A stretch of 64,000 nt of DNA from Desulforegulaceae bacterium (GTDB lineage Bacteria; Desulfobacterota; Desulfobacteria; Desulfobacterales; JACKCP01). The position numbers and the translations under genes were made by a program. The DNA is taken from assembly GCA_034006035.1 (NCBI GenBank), contig JAVETN010000001.1:280532-344531 (forward strand), given 5' to 3'. Positions 17,863-25,866 of the stretch are shown here, one piece after another (position 1 is the first letter of the stretch; every line of letters starts with the position of its first letter). The notes beneath the pieces were generated by a model. That model ran no database searches and was not told the DNA's origin. It worked only from the letters and a program-made list of their open reading frames with translations.

Positions 17863-18016
17863 TAAATTAAAGTTGAACAAAGTTTTTTTATTCAACTTTT
17901 TGTTTCAGGCTTAAATTTAAATTAATGAAACATTTTCAATGTTTTGAAGACCAAACTTTTTAACTTACTTTTTACCTTTGCTAAATGAAATAAAGTCCTA
18001 GTTTTCTGATGATTAC

Positions 18017-18025
18017 TGATATAAT
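18017..18025 (+). promoter_or_regulatory. Candidate extended -10 promoter element for the osmoprotectant ABC operon
   Basis: TGATATAAT (TGnTATAAT) lies 90 nt upstream of the ATG at 18115. No good -35 element is present. Confidence 0.3.
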
Positions 18026-18114
18026 AGAAAGCATAAAGCTGGTTTGTTTTCAACTATTGTTTTGTATTTGTTTTTATCTGTAAACACTTTTAATGATTTA
18101 TATCAGGTGTAAAA

Positions 18115-19017
18115 ATGAAAAAAGTTTTTATTTGTTTTTTATTTGTATTTTTTGTTGCTTCTGACTTATGGGCAAAGGGTTTAATAAGGGTTTCGTCCAA
18201 AATAGACAGTGAAGGTTTGCTTTTAGGCAACTTAATTAAATATTCGCTTATAGATCAAGGTTTTGAAGTTGAAGATAAAATTCAGCTTGGAGCCACCAGT
18301 ATTTTAAGAACTGCAATTAAATCAGATCAAATAGATATTTATCCTGAATATACAGGAAACGGGCCTTTTTTCTTTGATATAAAAGACAGGACTTTATTCA
18401 ATGATTTTAAAAAAGGTTATGAAACAATAAAAAAGCTTGATTTTGAAAAAAACAACCTTGTCTGGCTTGAACCTGCTCCTGCAAGCAATGGCTGGGCTAT
18501 AGCCGGAAGAAAAGATTTTTGCAAAAAAAACAATTTAAAAACCATGGAAGATTTTGCAGAATTTGTAAGAAAAGGAAACCAGGTAAAACTTGCAGCTTCA
18601 GATTCTTTTATAACAAGATTTGATGCTTTGCCTGCATTTGAGGAGGTATACGGATTTAAGCTGAAAAACTCCCAGCTTGTTTCACTTTCTTCAACAAATA
18701 CATCTGTTACTTTAAAAGCAGCAGCTCTTAACACAGACGGGGTAAATTTTTCCATGACTTATTCAACAGATGGGGCTCTTTCAGCCCTTGGACTTTATGT
18801 TCTTGAAGATACAAAAAGTGTTCAGCCAATTTATTCTCCCTGTCCTGTGATAAGGAAGGAAGTTCTTATAAAACACCCTGAAATTGAAAAAATACTTTCA
18901 CCTGTGTTTTTAAGCCTTGACCTTGAAACCCTTCAAAGTCTTAATTCAAAAATAGCTGTAATGGGTTATCCTCCATCACAAGTGGCAAAAAACTATCTTG
19001 AAAGTTTGAAAAAATAA
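18115..19017 (+). CDS. yehZ: Osmoprotectant (glycine betaine/choline-type) ABC transporter substrate-binding protein
   Basis: Signal peptide MKKVFICFLFVFFVASDLWA. OpuAC-type segments are present (IDIYPEYTGN, WAIAGRKDF). Size and operon order (SBP, long permease, ATPase, short permease) match E. coli yehZYXW/osmF. Confidence 0.75.
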   Translation: MKKVFICFLFVFFVASDLWAKGLIRVSSKIDSEGLLLGNLIKYSLIDQGFEVEDKIQLGATSILRTAIKSDQIDIYPEYTGNGPFFFDIKDRTLFNDFKKGYETIKKLDFEKNNLVWLEPAPASNGWAIAGRKDFCKKNNLKTMEDFAEFVRKGNQVKLAASDSFITRFDALPAFEEVYGFKLKNSQLVSLSSTNTSVTLKAAALNTDGVNFSMTYSTDGALSALGLYVLEDTKSVQPIYSPCPVIRKEVLIKHPEIEKILSPVFLSLDLETLQSLNSKIAVMGYPPSQVAKNYLESLKK

Positions 19018-19019
19018 AA

Positions 19020-20189
19020 TTGGTTTTTTTAAAAAAGATTGTAAATAAAATTGATTTTGTGGATTTTACAGCCGTTTTAATTATGATTTCAGGGCTTTTG
19101 AATCCTTGTTTTTTTTCTTTGTCTCCAAACAGGATAGTTTCTGGGACCCCTTTGTTTATACAAGATATTTCAGGCAGGTCTTGCTTTGTTTTTTTTCTTA
19201 TTTTAGGGCTTGTAATTTTAAGAGCTGAAAAAAGATTAATAAAAATATTAAAGTTTTTTTTTGTGTGGGCTCTTTTTTATTTTCTTCTTTTTATCCTGGG
19301 TAAATTTGGTTCAGAAGAGGTAATTAAAAATCCTTCAGCAAGGTTTTCTCCTTCTTATGGGTTTTGGATATTTTTTGCAGGTGTGAGTTTTTTTTATGCT
19401 TCATATTTTGGAAGGGAAAAACAGTTTTTTAAAAAATTGATTTTTAGGTTTGTGTTAATTTTTCCTTTTTTTGTTTTTCTTTTTTTGGGAGTGTTTTCAG
19501 ACTTTGCCCTGGGCCGGGAGTTTGTTTTTAATTCGGAAAGATTTTTTATGGAAGTTAAAACCCATATTTTTATTTCCTATGGTTCTGTTTTAGCTGGATG
19601 CTTAATTGGAATTCCCCTTGGAGTTTATACATTTAAATTTGCCAATCAAGGTGAGAAAGTTTTTTATTTTCTCAATATAATTCAGACAATTCCAGGGATT
19701 GCATTTTTTGGACTTATAATGGTTCCTTTGTCAATTTTAAGCAGTAATTTGTCTTTTTTGGCAAAGGCAGGGATTTCAGGTACAGGAACAGCTCCTGCTG
19801 TGATTGTTCTTTTTGGATATTCCCTTCTTCCAATTGTGAAAAACACCCTTGAAGGCCTTAAAATTATAGACAGGGCAGTGATTGAATCGGGTAAAGGAAT
19901 GGGAATGGGTAAATTTGATATTTTCTGGAAAATAGAGTTTCCTTTAAGTCTTCCTGTTATTTTAAATGGAATAAGAACAGCTCTTGTTCATTGTGTTGGA
20001 AGCACAGCCATTGCAGCCCTTATTGGGGCAGGAGGACTTGGTGTTTTTATTTTTCAGGGAATTGGACAGGGAGCTACAGATCTTATCTTGCTTGGAACTT
20101 TTCCCCTTATTATTATTGCCATAATCACAGATAAAATTATGGAGTTTTTCACTGAGATTTCCAAAGGACCGGAGGCATTGGGCAAATGA
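19020..20189 (+). CDS. yehY: ABC permease with ~170-aa N-terminal membrane extension (YehY-like)
   Basis: The C-terminal half carries BPD-transporter segments (IIQTIPGIAFFGLIMVPL, ESGKGMGMGKFDIFWKIEFPLSLP). At 389 aa it is comparable to E. coli YehY (385 aa). The TTG start is uncertain. Confidence 0.7.
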   Translation: MVFLKKIVNKIDFVDFTAVLIMISGLLNPCFFSLSPNRIVSGTPLFIQDISGRSCFVFFLILGLVILRAEKRLIKILKFFFVWALFYFLLFILGKFGSEEVIKNPSARFSPSYGFWIFFAGVSFFYASYFGREKQFFKKLIFRFVLIFPFFVFLFLGVFSDFALGREFVFNSERFFMEVKTHIFISYGSVLAGCLIGIPLGVYTFKFANQGEKVFYFLNIIQTIPGIAFFGLIMVPLSILSSNLSFLAKAGISGTGTAPAVIVLFGYSLLPIVKNTLEGLKIIDRAVIESGKGMGMGKFDIFWKIEFPLSLPVILNGIRTALVHCVGSTAIAALIGAGGLGVFIFQGIGQGATDLILLGTFPLIIIAIITDKIMEFFTEISKGPEALGK

Positions 20190-21262
20190 TAAAAATCAAA
20201 TCGGTCTTTAAAACATTTGACGGGGTAAAAGCTGTTGATAATATTTCAATGAGAATTGAAAAAAGTGAAATCTGTGTTCTTATAGGTCCTTCAGGAGCAG
20301 GTAAATCAACTCTTTTAAAAATGATTAATAAAATGGTTATCCCAGATTCCGGTGAAATAAAAATAAATAATAAATCAGTTAAGGATATAAGATCTTATAA
20401 ATTAAGGCGTAAAATAGGCTATGTTATCCAGGGAACCGGCCTTTTTCCCCATATGACAGTTTCAGGCAATATAAAAGTTGTTCCAAAGCTTTTGGGCTGG
20501 GATAAAAATAAAATCAAAAAAAGGGTGGGTGAACTTTTAGAAATTTTTAAAATGGAGCCAGGACTTTATCTTGACAAATATCCCCATGAACTTTCCGGAG
20601 GTGAAGCTCAAAGAGTTGGAGTTGCAAGGGCTTTGGCTGCTGATCCTGAAATACTTTTAATGGACGAACCTTTTGCTTCTTTAGATCCTTTAACTAGAAA
20701 AAAACTTCAGTCAGAACTTATTAGAATTCAAAAAGTTCTTGATAAAACAATTGTTTTTGTTACCCATGATCTTGAAGAAGCCATAAAAATAGCTTCAAAA
20801 ACTGCTCTTCTTAAAAACGGGAAATTAATTCGATATGAAACCCCGTTTGATTTTTTAACAAACCCCGATGAATTTTCAGAAAAATTTATGGGTTCCAGCC
20901 TTTTAAAGCTTAGTGGAATAAAAATAAAAACCATTTTAAAACCTGCTTTTTCTGTTTTCTACTCAGAAAATCTTAAATCTTTTAAATCTGAAACTCAAAC
21001 CTGGGTTGTGGATCAAGAAAACAAGTTTATGGGTTATTTGAATCCAGATAAAAATTTAAGGGGAGAAAATATAAAAGTTTTGGAAAAGATGGTAAAAAAT
21101 AAAGACCTTTTTGGAATAAATTATAATTTTTCTTTAAAGGAAGCCCTTGAAATTATTTTAAAAACCGGTCTTGATAAGCTTCCTATTGTTGATTTTTCAG
21201 GAGTTTTAATTGGAGAAGTAAAAGGGCTTAATATTTTGAGAATTAAAAATGAATTTAAATAG
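20186..21262 (+). CDS. yehX: ABC transporter ATP-binding protein with C-terminal CBS-like region (YehX/OpuCA-like)
   Basis: Walker A GPSGAGKST, signature LSGGEAQRV and Walker B ILLMDEPF. Overlaps the upstream permease gene by 4 nt. Confidence 0.88.
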   Translation: MIKIKSVFKTFDGVKAVDNISMRIEKSEICVLIGPSGAGKSTLLKMINKMVIPDSGEIKINNKSVKDIRSYKLRRKIGYVIQGTGLFPHMTVSGNIKVVPKLLGWDKNKIKKRVGELLEIFKMEPGLYLDKYPHELSGGEAQRVGVARALAADPEILLMDEPFASLDPLTRKKLQSELIRIQKVLDKTIVFVTHDLEEAIKIASKTALLKNGKLIRYETPFDFLTNPDEFSEKFMGSSLLKLSGIKIKTILKPAFSVFYSENLKSFKSETQTWVVDQENKFMGYLNPDKNLRGENIKVLEKMVKNKDLFGINYNFSLKEALEIILKTGLDKLPIVDFSGVLIGEVKGLNILRIKNEFK

Positions 21263-21986
21263 ATTAAATAAAATTGATAAAAGAGAAATTATCACCCTGA
21301 TTTTTGTTTTGGCTGTAATAATCTTGTCTTTATTAAAATCTTTTTCAGGGGATTTGTTTTACAATTATATTTATCTTAGAACTTCAACTTTAAAACTTGT
21401 GTTTGATCATCTTTTTTTAGTAATTTTTTCTTCATTTGTTTCAGGAAGTTTGGGGTTTTTTCTTGGAGTTTTGTTTACACGAAAAAAACTCAGGGCTTTT
21501 CTTCCGGGAATTAATGCTTTTTCTTCTGCTGCCCAGACGTTTCCTCCCATTGCTGTTCTTGCTCTTTGTGTTCCGGTTTTGGGGTTTGGAGCAAAGCCAA
21601 CAATTACAGCTCTTGTTATTTATGGTTTTTTCCCTGTTTTAAGAAGCACAGTTTCAGGACTGGAATCGGTTCCCAAAGAAATTGTTGAAACTGCAAAAGC
21701 CATGGGAATGAAAAGCCGGCAGATTTTATTTAAAATAGAAATTCCTCTTTCTTCAGGAGTTATAGCCGGAGGGCTTAGAGTTTCTGTTATTATTGGAACT
21801 GGGACAGCTGCCCTTGGAGCTGCTGTAGGTGCTGGAGGGCTTGGGGTTCCTTTAATTTCAGGTCTTATAAATGAAAATTACTTTCATCTTCTCCATGGAG
21901 GCATACTTGCAGCACTTTTAGCAGTAATTCTTGATGCTTATCTTGAAAAAATCCAGAAATATTTGAAAAATAAGTTTAAAACCTAG
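21249..21986 (+). CDS. yehW: ABC permease (YehW-like)
   Basis: BPD-transporter EAA-like loop ETAKAMGMKSRQILFKIEIPLSSG. 245 aa, and it overlaps the ATPase gene by 14 nt. Confidence 0.8.
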   Translation: MNLNRLNKIDKREIITLIFVLAVIILSLLKSFSGDLFYNYIYLRTSTLKLVFDHLFLVIFSSFVSGSLGFFLGVLFTRKKLRAFLPGINAFSSAAQTFPPIAVLALCVPVLGFGAKPTITALVIYGFFPVLRSTVSGLESVPKEIVETAKAMGMKSRQILFKIEIPLSSGVIAGGLRVSVIIGTGTAALGAAVGAGGLGVPLISGLINENYFHLLHGGILAALLAVILDAYLEKIQKYLKNKFKT

Positions 21987-22103
21987 ATTAAGTTTTATCA
22001 GCTTTTGAATCTTGCTTTATTCTTTTTTTTGAAATATTGACACAGAGTAGAATAAGCATTTAAAAATATATAAGTTAAAAATATATTGAAATTGTGAGGC
22101 AAA

Positions 22104-23357
22104 ATGAAATTATCAGCATTTGGTAAGAAATTTACTTCAGAAAGCGGAATTTTAAAATTAATGGATGATCTTGGCAATGCACTTGCCGGAGATAAAGACA
22201 TGATAATGATGGGCGGAGGAAATCCCGGCCATGTTCCTGAAATTGAAAAAGTCCTTAAAAAAAGACTTGAAACAATTTTTTTAGATCAAAATCAATTTAG
22301 AAGGCTTATTGGAATTTATGATCCTCCCCAGGGTGAAAAGGAATTTGTAAAAGAGCTTGCTAAAATGCTTAATAATGATTTTGGCTGGAATTTAACCGAA
22401 AAAAACATTGCAGTCACAAACGGAAGCCAATCATCTTTTTTCCTTTTATTTAATATGTTTGCCGGAGTAATGGATGATAATACAAAAAAGAAAATCCTTC
22501 TTCCCCTGGCACCTGAATATATAGGATATGCTGATTCAGGTCTTTGCGATGATTTTTTTGTTTCCTTTAAACCTAAAATAGATTTTTTAGATAATAGGAT
22601 TTTCAAATACAGGGTTGATTTTGATTCCCTTAAAATTACAGATGATGTTGGTGCAATTTGTGTTTCCAGACCTACAAATCCCACAGGCAATGTAATTACC
22701 GATCAAGAGGTGAAAAAACTTTCTGAACTTGCACAAAAACATGATCTTCCATTTATTCTTGATTCTGCCTATGGAACCCCTTTTCCTGATATAATTTTTA
22801 CTGAAGCAAAGCCTTTTTATGAAAAAAATATGATTTTGTGTATGAGCCTTTCAAAGTTTGGGCTTCCTGCGGCAAGAACAGGAATTGTAATTGGAGATGA
22901 AGACATTATAAGGGCTGTTTCAGGGATAAATGCTATTGTTAATCTTGCACCGGGATCATTTGGGCCAATGATGGCTCTTGAATTGATAAAAAACAATGAA
23001 ATCAACTCCATTTCTTCGGAAATAGTAAAACCCTATTATCGTAATAAAGCAGAAATTGCAGTTGAGCTTTTTCATAAAGAACTTGAAGGAACAAATTATT
23101 ATATTCACAAACCCGAAGGTGCAATCTTTTTATGGCTTTGGTTCAAAGATTTGAAAATTACCACTTATGAACTTTATGAAAGACTTAAAAAAAGAGGGGT
23201 GATTGTTGTTCCGGGAAAGTATTTTTTTCCAGGAATTGATGATGAGGCCTGGGTACATAGAAATGAATGTATAAGAGTTACATATTCCCAGGAAAGTGAA
23301 AAAGTAACAAGGGGGATAGAAATTATAGGCCAAGAGGTGAAAAAAGCTTATAAATAA
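22104..23357 (+). CDS. avtA: Valine-pyruvate (alanine-forming) aminotransferase, AvtA-like
   Basis: The N-terminus MKLSAFGKKFTSESGILKLMDDLGNAL..MMGGGNPGHVPE parallels E. coli AvtA. LSKFGLPAARTG is the PLP-lysine region. 417 aa. Confidence 0.8.
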   Translation: MKLSAFGKKFTSESGILKLMDDLGNALAGDKDMIMMGGGNPGHVPEIEKVLKKRLETIFLDQNQFRRLIGIYDPPQGEKEFVKELAKMLNNDFGWNLTEKNIAVTNGSQSSFFLLFNMFAGVMDDNTKKKILLPLAPEYIGYADSGLCDDFFVSFKPKIDFLDNRIFKYRVDFDSLKITDDVGAICVSRPTNPTGNVITDQEVKKLSELAQKHDLPFILDSAYGTPFPDIIFTEAKPFYEKNMILCMSLSKFGLPAARTGIVIGDEDIIRAVSGINAIVNLAPGSFGPMMALELIKNNEINSISSEIVKPYYRNKAEIAVELFHKELEGTNYYIHKPEGAIFLWLWFKDLKITTYELYERLKKRGVIVVPGKYFFPGIDDEAWVHRNECIRVTYSQESEKVTRGIEIIGQEVKKAYK

Positions 23358-23416
23358 GTTTTTTTGATTTGAATAAGTGATTTTTAATTTGTTTTGATTC
23401 AATTGAAAGTTTGTAT

Positions 23417-23493
23417 TGGTGTGCCCGGCGGGATTCGAACCCACGATTTCCGGCTTCGGAGGCCAGCGCCCTATCCAACTGGGCCACGGGCAC
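23417..23493 (-). tRNA. tRNA-Arg (anticodon CCG), CCA encoded
   Basis: A cloverleaf folds by hand: acceptor GTGCCCG/CGGGCAC, D-arm GCCC/GGGC, anticodon stem CTGGC/GCCGG with loop CT-CCG-AA, and T-arm GTGGG-TTCGAAT-CCCGC, ending ACCA. Confidence 0.93.
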
Positions 23494-23668
23494 ACAAGTT
23501 AATCAACTAAGTTATGGGATGGTAAAAGTCAAGTAAATGTTTTTGTTTTTAATATCCCTATCTGCTGGATTTTATTTCAAAGGTTTCATTTGCTTAAATG
23601 TGAAATTTTGTTGCAAACTGAATGAATTTGATTAATTTATAGTTTTGTAAAAATCTAAGGAGTTTTTT

Positions 23669-24409
23669 ATGTCTGGATTTAATAATGGTTTTTCAAACAA
23701 TCCATTTGAAGACTACAGGCATGAATTGGCAGGGCTTGTAAAAAAAAAGAAAAAAGTTTTGCCCTGGCAGTCAAGGGAATTTAAAAAGATTAAAAAATCA
23801 GTTCAAAAAGATGAAAATCTTTTTTTAAAAGAAATGTCTGATGTTATCCCTGTAAAAGGAAAGAAAAAAGTCAGGGCTGTTTTAAATAAAAGGGCTGTAA
23901 AGCCCATTCCTCAAACTTGTTGTGAAAACAACGATGTTTTAAAAAAGCTTGAAGAGCTTCTTGACTCAGGAGATGGTTTTGAAGTATCAAAAACTCCTGA
24001 ATATAGTGAGTTAATTGGTGCTGGAGTGTGCGAAGAAGTAGCAAGAAAGCTCCATGAAGGACAGTTTTCAGTCCAGGATTATATAGATCTCCATGGTTTT
24101 TCAAGAATAGATGCTGATGAAGAGGTAAGAAGTTTTCTTGAAAAAAGTTTTAGAGAAAACAAAAATGCAGTTTTAATTGTCCATGGAAGAGGGCTTTCTT
24201 CAAAAAAAGAGCCAGTGCTTAAACCCCTTGTAAAAGAAATTTTATCCTCAAATTATTGGAGAAGAAGGATCTTTGCCTGTGCAAGTGCAAAGAGCACAGA
24301 CGGCGGAGCAGGGGGAACTTATGTCCTTTTTAGAAAAAAAGCCCTTACTAAAAACCAGGAAAAGCAGCTTATGAAGCGCTTGTCCATTGTAAATAGCAGG
24401 AGTTTGTAA
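23669..24409 (+). CDS. Smr-domain protein (SmrB/YdaL-like endonuclease)
   Basis: The C-terminal Smr domain reads DLHGFSRIDADEEVRSFLEKSFRENKNAVLIVHGRGLSS. The N-terminal region is K-rich. An AAGGAG SD lies upstream. Confidence 0.8.
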   Translation: MSGFNNGFSNNPFEDYRHELAGLVKKKKKVLPWQSREFKKIKKSVQKDENLFLKEMSDVIPVKGKKKVRAVLNKRAVKPIPQTCCENNDVLKKLEELLDSGDGFEVSKTPEYSELIGAGVCEEVARKLHEGQFSVQDYIDLHGFSRIDADEEVRSFLEKSFRENKNAVLIVHGRGLSSKKEPVLKPLVKEILSSNYWRRRIFACASAKSTDGGAGGTYVLFRKKALTKNQEKQLMKRLSIVNSRSL

Positions 24410-24696
24410 TGTTTATAGCCTCTGGAATTTTAAAATATAAAATACATGAGTGTTTTTCTCTTAAAGAAAAACGCTCCTATGTAAAACCAATAATTGCCAA
24501 AATTCAAAGGGAATTTAATGCTTCTGTTTGTGAATCAGGAAGCCTTGATAAATTTCAAATCACTGAAATTGGATTTTCCATGGTTGGAAATGATAAAACC
24601 GTTTTAAACTCCAAAGTTGATAAACTTTTCAATCTTGCTGAAACATCATCTTTAGCTGAACTTATTGACTCTCAATACGATATTTACAGGTTTTAA
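24409..24696 (+). CDS. DUF503 (YlxP-like) small protein
   Basis: GILKYKIHECFSLKEKRSYVKPIIAKIQREFNASVCE matches the DUF503 pattern (..H.p...SLKEKR.v.k.l..r....FNvsvaE). Its ATG overlaps the smr stop (TAATG). Confidence 0.7.
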   Translation: MFIASGILKYKIHECFSLKEKRSYVKPIIAKIQREFNASVCESGSLDKFQITEIGFSMVGNDKTVLNSKVDKLFNLAETSSLAELIDSQYDIYRF

Positions 24697-24738
24697 AGGT
24701 TTAGCTGTTAATTTAAAAAACTGATTTTTTATGTAAAA

Positions 24739-25722
24739 TTACCATTTTATATAATGATCTTCCAGCCATCCCCAAAATTCAACATCTTTAAACTTGCTAT
24801 CTTCAAGTTTTATTTTTCCTTTAAATATCCCCAGGTACTGAATAAAATTTGAAGCTGTAAATATAAAGTTTACTTTTTCTGTTTTTGTTTTTTTGGGGTA
24901 GAATTTTAAATCAATAATTTTATCATTGGATTTAATTGACCAGGTATCATTGTCTTCTTTTTCAAAATTTACCTGATTTATTTTAATAAACTTTTCATCA
25001 TAAAACACAAAGTTTTCTGTTTCACCTGTTTGATTTATTCCCCATGAAAGATTCATTCCAAATTCTTTAAAATCAAGAAGAAAGGCTGTGGAAGCCCAGT
25101 TCCACCAGACTTCTCTTCCTGGATAACCAAGGCTTCTATCTGTAATACTTCGTGAGGTTTCACTAAAAACTTCTATTTTATTATTTTTTTCAAATATTTT
25201 TCCCCTGGATTTTATTGGGGTTTGTTTTTTTGTAAAAAACCACCTGTTATATGAGGTTTTAGAGCAAATTCTTAAGGGAGGGGGCGGTTTTTCTTTTAAA
25301 AATTCAAGATCCATTTTTAAATTTTTTGAGTCCACCAAAAGATTGGTTGGAGAAAGCTTGATTTCAAGGTCTTTTGCTTTAAAATAAGCTTTTGTATTTT
25401 CTGTTCTGGGGTTTATTGTTTTTTTAAAAAAAGGAAAAATAAGGGATGATTTTTCAGTAAAACTATTTGTTTCAAGATTGTGGAGATATACAAACCCTTT
25501 TGATGCATAGCCAAGATCTGCAATTGCGGCTCCTGCAATATGAGTTTTTGTTATAATTCCAGCAAAAACAAATTGTTTGAAAAAAAGGGGCTTTAAAAAA
25601 CCTGGAACTTTTTTACCTAATTTTGTGGTAAGCTTAAAGTCTTCAATGTTTATTAAAGGCTTTGAGTTGAAAAGTTTAAAATAGGGCTGATTTTTACTTG
25701 GGCTGATAAGCTTTGTTTTCAT
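24739..25722 (-). CDS. Conserved hypothetical protein, possibly DUF2804 family
   Basis: 327 aa and beta-rich. The segments AGAAIADLGYASKGFVYLHN, GREVWWNWAS and the C-terminal FWGWLEDHYIKW resemble what I remember of DUF2804. This is memory-based only. Confidence 0.35.
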   Translation of the reverse strand: MKTKLISPSKNQPYFKLFNSKPLINIEDFKLTTKLGKKVPGFLKPLFFKQFVFAGIITKTHIAGAAIADLGYASKGFVYLHNLETNSFTEKSSLIFPFFKKTINPRTENTKAYFKAKDLEIKLSPTNLLVDSKNLKMDLEFLKEKPPPPLRICSKTSYNRWFFTKKQTPIKSRGKIFEKNNKIEVFSETSRSITDRSLGYPGREVWWNWASTAFLLDFKEFGMNLSWGINQTGETENFVFYDEKFIKINQVNFEKEDNDTWSIKSNDKIIDLKFYPKKTKTEKVNFIFTASNFIQYLGIFKGKIKLEDSKFKDVEFWGWLEDHYIKW

Positions 25723-25866
25723 AAATTAATTTCTTTTTTAATTGTTTTCTATTTCCAGGTTATCAGAAATATGATTTAAAATAAATAGTTGCTGAGCTAA
25801 ATTGTAATTTAATTCTTGCTCATTAATAAATGTTTTAGAAAAATTTAATTTTTGTGGAGAATTTTT

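Noticed and set aside
23130-23495. 121-aa minus-strand ORF
   Set aside because: Its 5' part is the tRNA-Arg(CCG) gene (23417-23493). The rest is antisense to the avtA 3' end, so it is spurious.
23358-23668. tRNA-Arg locus as an integration hot-spot or genomic-island boundary
   Set aside because: There is no integrase, no partial tRNA direct repeat and no compositional break on either side. The flanking genes (avtA, smr) look native.
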